Assembly (NCBI GenBank): GCA_964611895.1
Contig: CAZTDN010000018.1
Location: 6,483 to 70,482 of the forward strand
Direction: 5' to 3'
Origin: an uncultured Pseudobdellovibrionaceae bacterium
GTDB taxonomy: Bacteria > Bdellovibrionota > FAC87 > UBA2466
DNA length: 64,000 nucleotides
The position numbers were made by a program, and so were the translations under genes. This document shows positions 8,965 through 18,254 of this stretch, one piece after another; position 1 is the stretch's first letter, and the number at the start of each line of letters is the position of its first letter. A model generated the notes under the pieces. The model was not told the origin of the DNA. It was given only the letters and a program-made list of their open reading frames with translations, and ran no database searches.

Positions 8965-10428
8965 TTGTCTGGTTTGCTACGGATGTTGGGTGTGAGGCAA
9001 AATCGAACCTACTGGGGTACACTTCTTATCGGTCTTGGAATAGGCTGGCTTCCAGCCCAGCTATTCGCAGATCCAACGCTCCAAGTCCCTGACCCTAAAA
9101 AACCGCTCCCGTCGCTCATTGCCGGTCCGCCAGCCGGCGCGAATTGCTCGGAACTGGTACAAGTATTTACGCATTTGGCCGATCTGATGGGAGCGCCCCA
9201 CTGGAACTCCACTTCGCTCAATTTGGACAACCCCCTTATGCAGGAAATCGTCCGAGGCAATTGGGCGCCGGAGTGGATGAAGCAACTCGCTGTGCTCCAG
9301 CAACACTTCCAACCACACCTGGAGTTTATCCAGTTTGCTGACTCAGCCCTGCTCACCCGGATTACTGCCTTGCAACTACAAGACCTGGGAATTCGCTCGG
9401 GAGCCAAGGCCCGCGACTTTTTGGCTGAGTTTCCAACTCTTCCCACAGAACGGCGTCATGCCTTCGCCACCGGGCTTGTTTTTCGACTCTTGGTCGAGAC
9501 TCAGAATCGTTTTGCGCTTTTGGAAAACCAGCAGCGGCTCGGGATGCAAAGTGAAGACTTTGAACGATCGGTTGCCCTTCTCTCCACGCTGAAGCCCGAG
9601 GGCCTGTCCAAACTCACCCTTTTTATTATGTGCCATTTTGCGTTTAGGGCGGAAACCTTTGCGCAGAAAATATTGGATGCCTGGCCCAGTTTTCAAAACT
9701 ACGAGTCGCCCTTGCCACGGGAAATGCGCAACTGGGTCGAGCTTCATGGTATTTTTGCAGACCCCGCCTCGGGACAGAGAACCTACGATGAGAAAGCTCT
9801 GGTTTCATTAGTGGGCGCCTTGCTCCCCTTAGAAGCTGCAAAAGCCCTCTCCTTCCTGGCGCTCACTGAAGGCCCGCAAATCCCCGTTGAAGAAGTGCAC
9901 CGCCTATTGCGACTAAAAAACCTCCCTGAATCGGTGCGTTCCACCCTGGAAGACGTATCGCGAGGCATGTCCCCATCGCGATCCTTGCAAGCCGCGGAAA
10001 TGGAGCTCAAAGCGCTAGCCTGGCTAGAAACTTTCCAAAGCATGGGTACCAATGACCAAATTTTAAAAACCCTGCAGTCGGGTTTGGACGGGTGCGACCG
10101 CTACTTACAGAGCTCCAACTGCGCTTATATCTCCTCTAGCATCGAGATCTTCCTTCGTTGGATGGGCTGTAATACAAACGATTGGGCCGGCTATTTACTG
10201 GGTAACTTCCTCAATCAGATCGTTATTGTGTTGTCCGGCAATTCCAATTTTGGAATACCCGTGACCCAATTCCTCAACTCTTTCCGCTCAGAAACCGAAC
10301 CTATCTTTGCGTTTGCCCGAGGCCTCAGCCCAGGCAACCAAGGTGGATTGGACTTGCTTGCGCGACGTAGAGTCCTTCAAAAACGCATCGAAATCCTGCG
10401 GGCGCACCTGCAGGCACCCCAGCCCTAG
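8965..10428 (+). CDS. Hypothetical secreted alpha-helical protein (487 aa)
   Basis: Signal-peptide-like N-terminus (LLIGLGIGWLPAQLFA). No recognisable catalytic motif. Stop overlaps the valS stop convergently. Confidence 0.5.
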   Translation: MSGLLRMLGVRQNRTYWGTLLIGLGIGWLPAQLFADPTLQVPDPKKPLPSLIAGPPAGANCSELVQVFTHLADLMGAPHWNSTSLNLDNPLMQEIVRGNWAPEWMKQLAVLQQHFQPHLEFIQFADSALLTRITALQLQDLGIRSGAKARDFLAEFPTLPTERRHAFATGLVFRLLVETQNRFALLENQQRLGMQSEDFERSVALLSTLKPEGLSKLTLFIMCHFAFRAETFAQKILDAWPSFQNYESPLPREMRNWVELHGIFADPASGQRTYDEKALVSLVGALLPLEAAKALSFLALTEGPQIPVEEVHRLLRLKNLPESVRSTLEDVSRGMSPSRSLQAAEMELKALAWLETFQSMGTNDQILKTLQSGLDGCDRYLQSSNCAYISSSIEIFLRWMGCNTNDWAGYLLGNFLNQIVIVLSGNSNFGIPVTQFLNSFRSETEPIFAFARGLSPGNQGGLDLLARRRVLQKRIEILRAHLQAPQP

Positions 10429-13073
10429 TTCGCTGGTCCGAGCTCTTTTAAATAGGCCTTGAGGGCCGCGACTTTTTTCTCCAGAGCTTCCTTACGGTCC
10501 TTGGCCCCTTGAATCACTTCCGGCGGGGCCTTTCCCACAAAACCTGGGCTTCCTAGACGCGCAATCGCTCGCGCCAACTCTTCCTCAGCCGAAGTCAAAT
10601 CTTTGCGCGTTCGCAAGCGATCAGTCTCGACGTCGATCAACTGATTGCGAGGAATATAAACCTCGATGGCTTCGTTTCCGTGGGTGAGTGGAATGACGAC
10701 GTCTCCGGCTTGTTTGGCGGCACCCAGGGTGAGCTTGGACAAACGGCACAGCGGCACAATAAAGGACTCAAAAGGCTTGAGTTCGCTCAAACCCGCCGGC
10801 GCCAAAGCGACTCCCGCTTCTATCAGCACACCCGGAGCCAACCCACTCTCTCCTCGCTTGGAGCGAATGGCGTCGATCACGGCAATCACTCGCCCAATAC
10901 GCGCTTCGGCGGCGGCATCGCGATCGGACTCTAGATAGGTTGGGTAATCTGTTTTCGAAATGGAAATCTGGCTCGACCGCAAACTCAATCTCTGCCAAAC
11001 CTCCTCGGTGATAAACGGCATGATTGGATGCAATAGGCGCAAAGCCTGCTCGAGAACCTCCACTGGAGTGGAGTCCCCGTTTTTTTTGCGGGATTCAATG
11101 TCCGGTTTAATAAACTCCAGATACCAATCGCAATATTCACTCCAAACAAAATGGTAGAGACGATTAGCTGCATCAAAAAACCGGTATTGCTCCAGAGCTG
11201 TGTTCACTTCGCGTTTGGTTTCGTTTAGCCGGGACCAGATCCAACGATTGATTTCGTCCTGGCGATTAGGGGAGGATTTTTCCACTCCGCCAAAATGGAT
11301 CAACACAAAACGGGACGCATTCCAGATCTTGTTTACAAAATTGCGGTACCCCTCAATTCGCGCATCGGACAGCAATACATCGCGCCCATGAACAGCCATC
11401 GATGCTAAAGTAAAACGCAATGCATCGGCTCCCAAAGTATCGACGATCTCCAAAGGGTCTTTAACATTCCCCTTCGTCTTAGACATTTTTTGACCGTATT
11501 CATCCCGCACCATAGGATGCAGATAAACCGTTTTGAAGGGGAACTGGCCGGTCATTTTTTTGCCCAGCATGATCATGCGGGCAACCCAAAAGAAGAGAAT
11601 ATCAAACCCGGTTTCCATCACGTTGTTCGGGTAAAACGCTTTGAAGTCGGCGGTGTCGTTGGGCCAACCCAGAGTGGAAAAAGGCCAAAGCCCTGAACTA
11701 AACCACGTATCCAAGACATCGTCGTCCTGTTTTAGACGCTTGTCCCCGCAGTTCTCACACGCCGTGGGGGTCTCCACGCTGGTGGTCACATGCTGACACC
11801 CCTGGCAATACCAAACTGGGATACGGTGTCCCCACCAGAGCTGGCGACTAATGCACCAAGGCCGGATATTACGCATCCATTCGAAGTAGGTTTTTTCCCA
11901 TTCCTTGGGGATAATTTCGATTTCCCCCTTTTCGACGGCTTCGATAGCGGGTTGGGCGAGAGTTTTAGCATCTACGAACCACTGGGCACTCAGGCTCGGC
12001 TCCACGACGGCATTGCATCGATCGCAATGGCCAACATTATGCAAATGTTCAGTTTCCCCGAGTAAGAGTCCCTCAAGCGCTAGGTCGGCGAGGATCTTTT
12101 CTCGCGCTTTTTCGCGGTTCAGCCCTTGATACACTCCCGCGTTTTCGTTGAGTATCGCTCGCTCATCGAAAACAGAAATCATCGGCAGCGCGTGTTTCTT
12201 GCCCAGCAAATAGTCATTTGGATCGTGCGCGGGAGTGATCTTTAATGCGCCCGTTCCAAACTCTTTGTCGACGTAACTATCTCGAATAACGGGCACAACG
12301 CGCCCATTGAGCGGTACTTTCACAGAGGCGTTTACCCATGAAGCGTAACGCTCATCGTCGGGATGCACCGCCACGGCCGTGTCACCAAGCAAAGTTTCGG
12401 GCCGTGTAGTCGCCACAACAAGAAAACGACCGGGATCTTCGCTATGGACATACTTCAGCGTCCACAGCTTACCTTTGACTGCCTTGAACTTGACTTCCAG
12501 ATCGGAGAGCGCGGTTCGACAGCGTGGGCACCATTGAATGATAGCCTGCTCGCGGTAGATCAAGCCTTCTTTGAAAAGACGAACAAAACACTCTCTGACA
12601 GAGTAGGAAACATGCTCGTCCAGCGTGAACCTCAACCGGCTCCAATCCAAGCTGCATCCCATAGTCTTTAGCTGACTGAGAATGGTGGTCTGAGACTGTT
12701 CCTTCCACTTCCAGACGCGCTCCAAAAACTTATCCCGGCCGAGATCGTGGCGGCTTAAGCCTTCTTCTTTTTGAAGCATGCGTTCCACCACCATTTGAGT
12801 GGCAATTCCCGCGTGGTCCGTGCCCGGCAACCAGAGCGCATTGAATCCTTGCATGCGTTTGTGTCGGATTAAAATGTCTTCAAGCGTGCAAGTAAGCGCA
12901 TGGCCGATATGCAAAACTCCGGTGACGTTGGGGGGTGGCAGGACAATCGTGTACGGTTTTTTTGTGGATTGCGCATCGGCCTTGAACGCATCCATTTCGA
13001 GCCATCCCTGGTACAACCGCGTTTCGACTTCCTTAGGATTATATTGGGAGGGCATTTCCGTCTTTACTGCCAC
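10425..13073 (-). CDS. valS: Valine--tRNA ligase
   Basis: 882 aa. HIGH motif PNVTGVLHIGHA, KMSKS motif KMSKTKGN, C-terminal coiled-coil. Confidence 0.95.
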   Translation of the reverse strand: MAVKTEMPSQYNPKEVETRLYQGWLEMDAFKADAQSTKKPYTIVLPPPNVTGVLHIGHALTCTLEDILIRHKRMQGFNALWLPGTDHAGIATQMVVERMLQKEEGLSRHDLGRDKFLERVWKWKEQSQTTILSQLKTMGCSLDWSRLRFTLDEHVSYSVRECFVRLFKEGLIYREQAIIQWCPRCRTALSDLEVKFKAVKGKLWTLKYVHSEDPGRFLVVATTRPETLLGDTAVAVHPDDERYASWVNASVKVPLNGRVVPVIRDSYVDKEFGTGALKITPAHDPNDYLLGKKHALPMISVFDERAILNENAGVYQGLNREKAREKILADLALEGLLLGETEHLHNVGHCDRCNAVVEPSLSAQWFVDAKTLAQPAIEAVEKGEIEIIPKEWEKTYFEWMRNIRPWCISRQLWWGHRIPVWYCQGCQHVTTSVETPTACENCGDKRLKQDDDVLDTWFSSGLWPFSTLGWPNDTADFKAFYPNNVMETGFDILFFWVARMIMLGKKMTGQFPFKTVYLHPMVRDEYGQKMSKTKGNVKDPLEIVDTLGADALRFTLASMAVHGRDVLLSDARIEGYRNFVNKIWNASRFVLIHFGGVEKSSPNRQDEINRWIWSRLNETKREVNTALEQYRFFDAANRLYHFVWSEYCDWYLEFIKPDIESRKKNGDSTPVEVLEQALRLLHPIMPFITEEVWQRLSLRSSQISISKTDYPTYLESDRDAAAEARIGRVIAVIDAIRSKRGESGLAPGVLIEAGVALAPAGLSELKPFESFIVPLCRLSKLTLGAAKQAGDVVIPLTHGNEAIEVYIPRNQLIDVETDRLRTRKDLTSAEEELARAIARLGSPGFVGKAPPEVIQGAKDRKEALEKKVAALKAYLKELGPAN

Positions 13074-13090
13074 GAAGAAACCTTTCTAGC

Positions 13091-14341
13091 TCAGTCGGGC
13101 ATTCGGTAACTGAGTAAGTGTACCTTGCCAGGCTTGATTTCGAACCCCGGCCAGCGGGCCACTTGCGGCGCCTTTTCACCGGAGCTGCCGACCATATCAA
13201 GCTCGATGTCCAATCGTCCAGCCGGAACCGTGAGCCGGGCGATTTGCAGGGTCGCGGGCAAGGTCGTCCAACTGCGCAAATCGGCTTTGTCTGTTGCGTG
13301 GAGAAAAAGACTCGTTAGAAACCCCAAAAACTTATTCTCGGTGGCTTTGCTCACCCCTGCCCCCACCGCCTGTTTGGCGGCCACACCTGCGATCTTTTTA
13401 GCGATAATTCCTGGTAATTTCTCGTTCAATTCGTCGATAGCGGTTTGCTCAATGCTGAACAAGGGGTAGGAAGTCGCCGAGAGCTGTGGGGCCGAGGCAA
13501 CGCGCAATACAGCTGACCGGCTCCGGTACGAACGTCTAGAAAAGACAGGCACCAAATGGTGCTGGGCAGAAGGCACTTTCACAGGGCCTTTGCCCTGCTC
13601 GAGCAGCAAGACAATCTCTCCAGAGTGTTTTCCCAGACGGTAGTTCTGCTCTTCAGGATAAGCTTTACGGTAACGCTCTAACTCCTGAGTAGCCTGGAGC
13701 CGATCCGCAGCCCGCAGCAGCGGAGCCCCTAGATAAGGAGTACCAGGTGCCCATTTATGCAGGAGTCGGTAGTCCACAAAAGCGCTGTTCCAATCTCCCT
13801 GCGACTCAAACAAAACAGCGGCGAGGTACTTGGCGAAAAAATTAAACTTTGATAGACCACCCGTGGCATCGCGCTGCATATCCAGTTTGCGGTTCAACCG
13901 ACGGCACTCGACCAACGCATCCTCCCACTGCGCCGCCAAAGCGTAGTCAATGGCCTGGTAGACATTGAGCAAGATTTTTTCAAAATCCTCGCCCTTGTAA
14001 AAGAGCGCATCGTCGTTGGTGATAACCGCGCCGACCTCTTGGGTGACACTTGTGAAATCCTTTGAAGCGGCAAGCTTTTCGGCCTGCGCGAACTTTTTCA
14101 CGGACTCAGAGTACTTGCCCGCAGCGTGGTAAACCATTCCCAGGTCCATCAGGTAAAGTAGCTGGTCGTTGTCACTGACCTGAGAAAGTGCCTCAAGTTC
14201 CGCGGCGGCAGTCTCAAACTGTCCCGCCTCGTACAACCCCCTGGGACGTTGGATCTTGCTACTATACCCGGCGCAACCCACCAGTAGAAAAAGGACCGCA
14301 CCAGCCCGGAACAGGCGCAAGAAGCGTGCGAACCGTTTCAC
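13091..14341 (-). CDS. TPR-repeat lipoprotein, hypothetical
   Basis: Start reassigned to GTG at complement 14339-14341, overlapping the upstream stop as TAGTG. This gives MKRFARFLRLFRAGAVLFLLVGC (lipobox LVGC) followed by TPR-like helices. The track ORF start at 14398 would overlap the upstream gene by 58 nt. Confidence 0.5.
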   Translation of the reverse strand: MKRFARFLRLFRAGAVLFLLVGCAGYSSKIQRPRGLYEAGQFETAAAELEALSQVSDNDQLLYLMDLGMVYHAAGKYSESVKKFAQAEKLAASKDFTSVTQEVGAVITNDDALFYKGEDFEKILLNVYQAIDYALAAQWEDALVECRRLNRKLDMQRDATGGLSKFNFFAKYLAAVLFESQGDWNSAFVDYRLLHKWAPGTPYLGAPLLRAADRLQATQELERYRKAYPEEQNYRLGKHSGEIVLLLEQGKGPVKVPSAQHHLVPVFSRRSYRSRSAVLRVASAPQLSATSYPLFSIEQTAIDELNEKLPGIIAKKIAGVAAKQAVGAGVSKATENKFLGFLTSLFLHATDKADLRSWTTLPATLQIARLTVPAGRLDIELDMVGSSGEKAPQVARWPGFEIKPGKVHLLSYRMPD

Positions 14342-14955
14342 TACATGCCAACCGAGCGTTTCTGGTAGTACTTGCGGATTTCTTTTTCGTCCGTCCAATC
14401 CAGAATCCCGGTCTGGATATTCACCAGATTAAAAGTGGCTTTGTAATAGACGTATTTCTTTCGTCCGACTTCTTGCACTCGATCCGTGATCTCGCCGGTC
14501 AAAAAGTAATCTGCGCCGATTTGCTTGCCGATTTTCTTGGCAGTGGCCGCATCCACATAACCAGATTGGTTCTGGTATTCCATCTCTTCAGCCAAATCTC
14601 CGCGGGTTTCTTTTTCAGTGAACCGGAACTTGCCACTCTTTACCAAAGCCACACGAATTTTGTCGGTCATGCTCTTCATGTCGATGTGTTCTTCGGACCG
14701 ATTCTTTACCAATGTCACCAGAACTACCGGACGTTTAGCTCCCCCTTGAACCACAGCGCTTCCAGAAAGCGAGGCCACCATGGCGTCCGCGATGCGACGC
14801 ATGTCCCCCTCGTTAAACTTATCGTCTAAAAGCCGATCCTGTGAAACATCGTCGTATTCGCCCTGGGTAAACTGTTGGGTGCCGCACGCCGTCACAAACA
14901 CGCAAACTAGGCCAACCCAAATAGCGCTCCAGCTTTTTCGATTCTTCATGGTCAT
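14341..14955 (-). CDS. Small lipoprotein, possibly penicillin-binding-protein activator LpoB-like (COG3417)
   Basis: 204 aa. Lipobox VFVTAC. Resemblance (from memory) to LpoB-type lipoproteins around NRSEE...IRVALVKSGKFRF and IGADYFLTGEI. Family call tentative. Confidence 0.4.
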   Translation of the reverse strand: MTMKNRKSWSAIWVGLVCVFVTACGTQQFTQGEYDDVSQDRLLDDKFNEGDMRRIADAMVASLSGSAVVQGGAKRPVVLVTLVKNRSEEHIDMKSMTDKIRVALVKSGKFRFTEKETRGDLAEEMEYQNQSGYVDAATAKKIGKQIGADYFLTGEITDRVQEVGRKKYVYYKATFNLVNIQTGILDWTDEKEIRKYYQKRSVGM

Positions 14956-15106
14956 TCCTTTATGTAATTACCCCGGTTCGAAACCCCACCATTATAGCCG
15001 CCTCACCCTCGCCCGCAAAGCGGCTATCCTGGATAGTGGTAGCCAAGCCAGATTGACAGGAGCGGGTCAAATAAGGTGAGCTGAACGAACGGTTGGGGGA
15101 ACATCT

Positions 15107-15874
15107 TTGGGGACAGCAACACTACCACTACGCCAATGGCGCGAGCAGAGCTGGTCAATTCTGCGCGAAGCCGGAGCGTCACTGCTTGCCTATGAACTCT
15201 ACCCCCTGGGTCTTGCAACCCCCTCGCTTCCTGTAGTCCGCCCCCTATGGCCCAAACAAGTCGAGCCAAAACCGCCAGTGCTTTTTATTCACGGGTTCTT
15301 GCACAACCCGTCGGCATTTGCCTGGCTGAAACAAAAAATGGTCCTTCAGGGCTGGCGCCACTTTCGGGCGGCGAATTTGGCGACCGTGCAACACACCATT
15401 CCGCGGCTGTCGGAACAAGTCTTGCGCACCATCCACCAAATGCAAAAACAGTATGGCGTAGAACAAGTGGATGTCATTGCGCATTCCATGGGAGGAATAC
15501 TTGCCCGCTATGTTTTGCAGGTCCTCGAGCAAGACGGTGTGATTCGAAAGCTGATCACGCTCGGAACACCTCACCAGGGCACCGAGCTCTCCCGCTACAC
15601 CTGGCTAGAACAGCTCAAAGAACTTTCCCCAGGCAGCAAAACTTTGCAAATGCTGGCGCAAGCGCCTCCCCTGCGAAAAACGCAAGCCGTCGCGGTTCGC
15701 GGAACGCTCGACGTGCTGCTATGGCCGCAGGAGCGTGCTCATTGGGACGGAGTTCGAAACATTGAACTAGCTGGGGTGGGACATGCCGGGCTGCTGTTTT
15801 CTCAGAGAGTTTTGCAAATCGTTCTCGCGCACTTGAGCTCTGGCGCTAATGGCAGTAACCTGACCCTGCCTTGA
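15107..15874 (+). CDS. Lipase-like alpha/beta hydrolase (Bacillus LipA/EstA-type minimal lipase fold)
   Basis: PVLFIHGFLHN...GW...VDVIAHSMGG (GXSXG nucleophile elbow AHSMG), closely matching LipA-like minimal lipases. Confidence 0.65.
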   Translation: MGTATLPLRQWREQSWSILREAGASLLAYELYPLGLATPSLPVVRPLWPKQVEPKPPVLFIHGFLHNPSAFAWLKQKMVLQGWRHFRAANLATVQHTIPRLSEQVLRTIHQMQKQYGVEQVDVIAHSMGGILARYVLQVLEQDGVIRKLITLGTPHQGTELSRYTWLEQLKELSPGSKTLQMLAQAPPLRKTQAVAVRGTLDVLLWPQERAHWDGVRNIELAGVGHAGLLFSQRVLQIVLAHLSSGANGSNLTLP

Positions 15875-16725
15875 GTTATCTCGACGACAGCCTCAAACGA
15901 CGTACTATTTTTTTCACGGGCAAAGGTGGAGTGGGCAAAAGCTCGCTCGCCTGGGCAACCGCATTAGCGTGCAAGCGCCGTGGCGCTCGAGTTGCTGTTG
16001 CCGGGTGGCAGCCCCTCGGGAAACAGACCTCCGCCCCTCTTTTTGAGTCTCTCGACATAAAATGGATCGGACTGGAAACCCTGAGCGCATTTCGCGAGTA
16101 CGCACTGCAAATCATTCGGTTTCAAAAACTCTACGACTCTGTTTTGGACAACCATGTTTTGCGCACCTTTGTGTCCGCAGCGCCTGGCCTGGCGGATGCT
16201 GTCATGGCAGGAAAGATTTGGGATCTGTACCAGCGCAAAGAGCAGGATATTCTCCTCATCGACATGCCCAGCAGCGGCCACGCAAAATCGTTTTTTAAAT
16301 CTCCGCTCGGCATTCAAAAGCTTTTCAAGGTGGGGTTTATTGCCCGAGATGCCGAAAGAGTTTGTGAGTTATTTCGCTCGCCCGAGACCCGGCTCGACTT
16401 GGTGTCTCTCCCCGAGGAGTTACCCTTGGTTGAGTGCCGCGAGCTCAAAGAAAGCCTGGCTCCACTTCACGCTTTTTCATTTGGGTTCCTTCACTTGAAT
16501 CAATGCCTACCACTTTGGCTAAGGTCAGAGGACTCTACTCTTCAATCAGTCTCCGACGAAGTGAGAACGAGCCTCCAGATTTGGAACTCTCGACTTGCCG
16601 ATCAAGAGCAGACTTTGTCCTTAGCGCAAACGGTGGGGCTAGCCGAACTAAGACACCCCAGACAGTGCAGCAACAGTTGGAAAGAAAACGTCGAGAACTT
16701 AGCCAGCCATTTGGAGACGTTGTGA
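15871..16725 (+). CDS. ArsA/Get3-family ATPase, half-size (284 aa), copy 1
   Basis: TTG start overlapping the hydrolase stop (TTGA). Deviant Walker A FFTGKGGVGKSS. DMPSSGH motif corresponding to the ArsA/Get3 DTAPTGH signature. Confidence 0.65.
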   Translation: MSYLDDSLKRRTIFFTGKGGVGKSSLAWATALACKRRGARVAVAGWQPLGKQTSAPLFESLDIKWIGLETLSAFREYALQIIRFQKLYDSVLDNHVLRTFVSAAPGLADAVMAGKIWDLYQRKEQDILLIDMPSSGHAKSFFKSPLGIQKLFKVGFIARDAERVCELFRSPETRLDLVSLPEELPLVECRELKESLAPLHAFSFGFLHLNQCLPLWLRSEDSTLQSVSDEVRTSLQIWNSRLADQEQTLSLAQTVGLAELRHPRQCSNSWKENVENLASHLETL

Positions 16726-17762
16726 ATTCCATTTTTCACGACAAACGGGTTTTTATCGTTGGTGGTCCGGGGGGCGTGGGGAAAACCACCCTAGCGGCTT
16801 CGTTGGGAGTCCAGCTAGCCCAAGCGGGTTACCGGACAGTCGTATTGACCGTGGACCCGGCCCGCCGCTTGGCACAAGCTCTCGGCTTTGAGAGCTTTCC
16901 CAAAGACATTCAAAGAATTCCCTTACCCGGGGCCAAGGGCACACTTTCGGCATCCATGCTGGACACGGAACGCTATTTCGATCGCATCATCGAAACCTTT
17001 GCGGTTTCCCCGGATCAAAAAAACAAGATCTTAGGCAATCCCTTTTACCGAACCATTGTGGACAGCCTGGGCGGGTCACATGAATACGCGGCGATGGAAC
17101 GCCTGTTGGAGTTTGCGACCAGTTCGGATTATGACAAAGTTATCGTCGATACTCCGCCATCGGACAATGCCCGAGAGCTGTTTGATGCGCCTCAACGCAT
17201 GGCAGATTTTATGGATAATTCTGTTCTCAAGTGGTTCCAGGGTGGTGGAAAACTCTACACTCAGTTTTTTCGCACTGGGACCAAGCTTGCGCTGAGTGCA
17301 CTGAAGCTCGTCTTTGGCGCTGAGTTCTTGGATTCATTGGGGAGATTCTTGGGGGATTTGGAAGGCATGCAAGCAGGCTTTCAAAAACGCAATCTGCAAG
17401 TGTTGGAAATCTTGCAGGGACCCCAGGCGGCTTTTCTACTCGTCACGGTCCCTAGCGAAGCCCGTGCGCAGGACTGTGAAGCATTTGTGCGTACACTCAA
17501 AGACAAGCGCATTCCGCTCTCTCAAATGCTGTTCAATCAGCTGGAATCCAAGCCCACTGGTTTTTCGAAAGATTCGACTCCAGAGAACAAAGCGATTCAG
17601 CGCATTCTCCAGTTCCAGAACGCCCTGTTTGAAGAACAGCAGGAATGGGCAAAGCGCATCGAAAAGAGCACTGGGCTGAGCGCAGTTTGTATTCCACGGC
17701 GGAGTAACGCGCCGCGGTCGATTGCAGATCTTTCAGAGCTAGGGGCTTTGCTGGTAAAGTAG
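16722..17762 (+). CDS. ArsA/Get3-family ATPase, half-size, copy 2
   Basis: GTG at 16722 overlaps the ArsA1 stop (GTGA) and is preceded by GGAG. Walker A VGGPGGVGKTT, VLTVDPA, DTPPS (DTAP-like). The frame is open upstream to 16434, so the true start is uncertain. Confidence 0.65.
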   Translation: MNSIFHDKRVFIVGGPGGVGKTTLAASLGVQLAQAGYRTVVLTVDPARRLAQALGFESFPKDIQRIPLPGAKGTLSASMLDTERYFDRIIETFAVSPDQKNKILGNPFYRTIVDSLGGSHEYAAMERLLEFATSSDYDKVIVDTPPSDNARELFDAPQRMADFMDNSVLKWFQGGGKLYTQFFRTGTKLALSALKLVFGAEFLDSLGRFLGDLEGMQAGFQKRNLQVLEILQGPQAAFLLVTVPSEARAQDCEAFVRTLKDKRIPLSQMLFNQLESKPTGFSKDSTPENKAIQRILQFQNALFEEQQEWAKRIEKSTGLSAVCIPRRSNAPRSIADLSELGALLVK

Positions 17763-17766
17763 AACG

Positions 17767-18225
17767 ATGCGAAAACCCACTCCGATCCGACGCAGGTATC
17801 GAGGTTTCCCCATTCAATTAAAGTACGCCATGGTGTTGACTGTGGTCTCGGCCTTTACCGCGCTTGTGACGATTTTTGTCATGGCTTGGTTTATCCAACG
17901 AAACTATAGTTTGTTTATGGGAGATGAGTTGGGGATTTCGGCGCAAGTGATCGAAGTCGTACGACATGAACAAAAACTCTTAGAACTATCGTTGTTTATT
18001 TTGTTCCTTTTCACGATTACCGCCATGTTTGCCACCGCGTTTTATGTTACCCGAAGGCTCACGGGACCGGTTATTGCACTCCAACGCCAGCTTTGGCTGT
18101 ACAGCCAAGGCGACTGGAGTCGTGACTTTCGCCTGCGTTCAGATGACGAATTCAAAGAATTCGAAGCGATACTGAACCAAATCCGACAGCTCTACCTCTC
18201 AAAAGACATGCGCAAAGCGCAATGA
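17767..18225 (+). CDS. Two-TM membrane protein with a HAMP-like linker domain and no output domain (152 aa)
   Basis: Two hydrophobic helices (VLTVVSAFTALVTIFVMAWFI; LSLFILFLFTITAMFATAFYV), then TRRLTGPVIALQRQL...EFKEFEAILNQIRQL, HAMP-like. Confidence 0.45.
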   Translation: MRKPTPIRRRYRGFPIQLKYAMVLTVVSAFTALVTIFVMAWFIQRNYSLFMGDELGISAQVIEVVRHEQKLLELSLFILFLFTITAMFATAFYVTRRLTGPVIALQRQLWLYSQGDWSRDFRLRSDDEFKEFEAILNQIRQLYLSKDMRKAQ

Positions 18226-18254
18226 AGAAGTGGGGGAGTTTTTTCTACCCTTCC

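Noticed and set aside
14975-14995. GGTTCGAAACC, resembling a tRNA T-loop (GGTTCGAATCC).
   Set aside because: Flanking sequence on neither strand forms a T-stem, acceptor stem or anticodon arm, so there is no tRNA gene. No tRNA was detected anywhere in the window.
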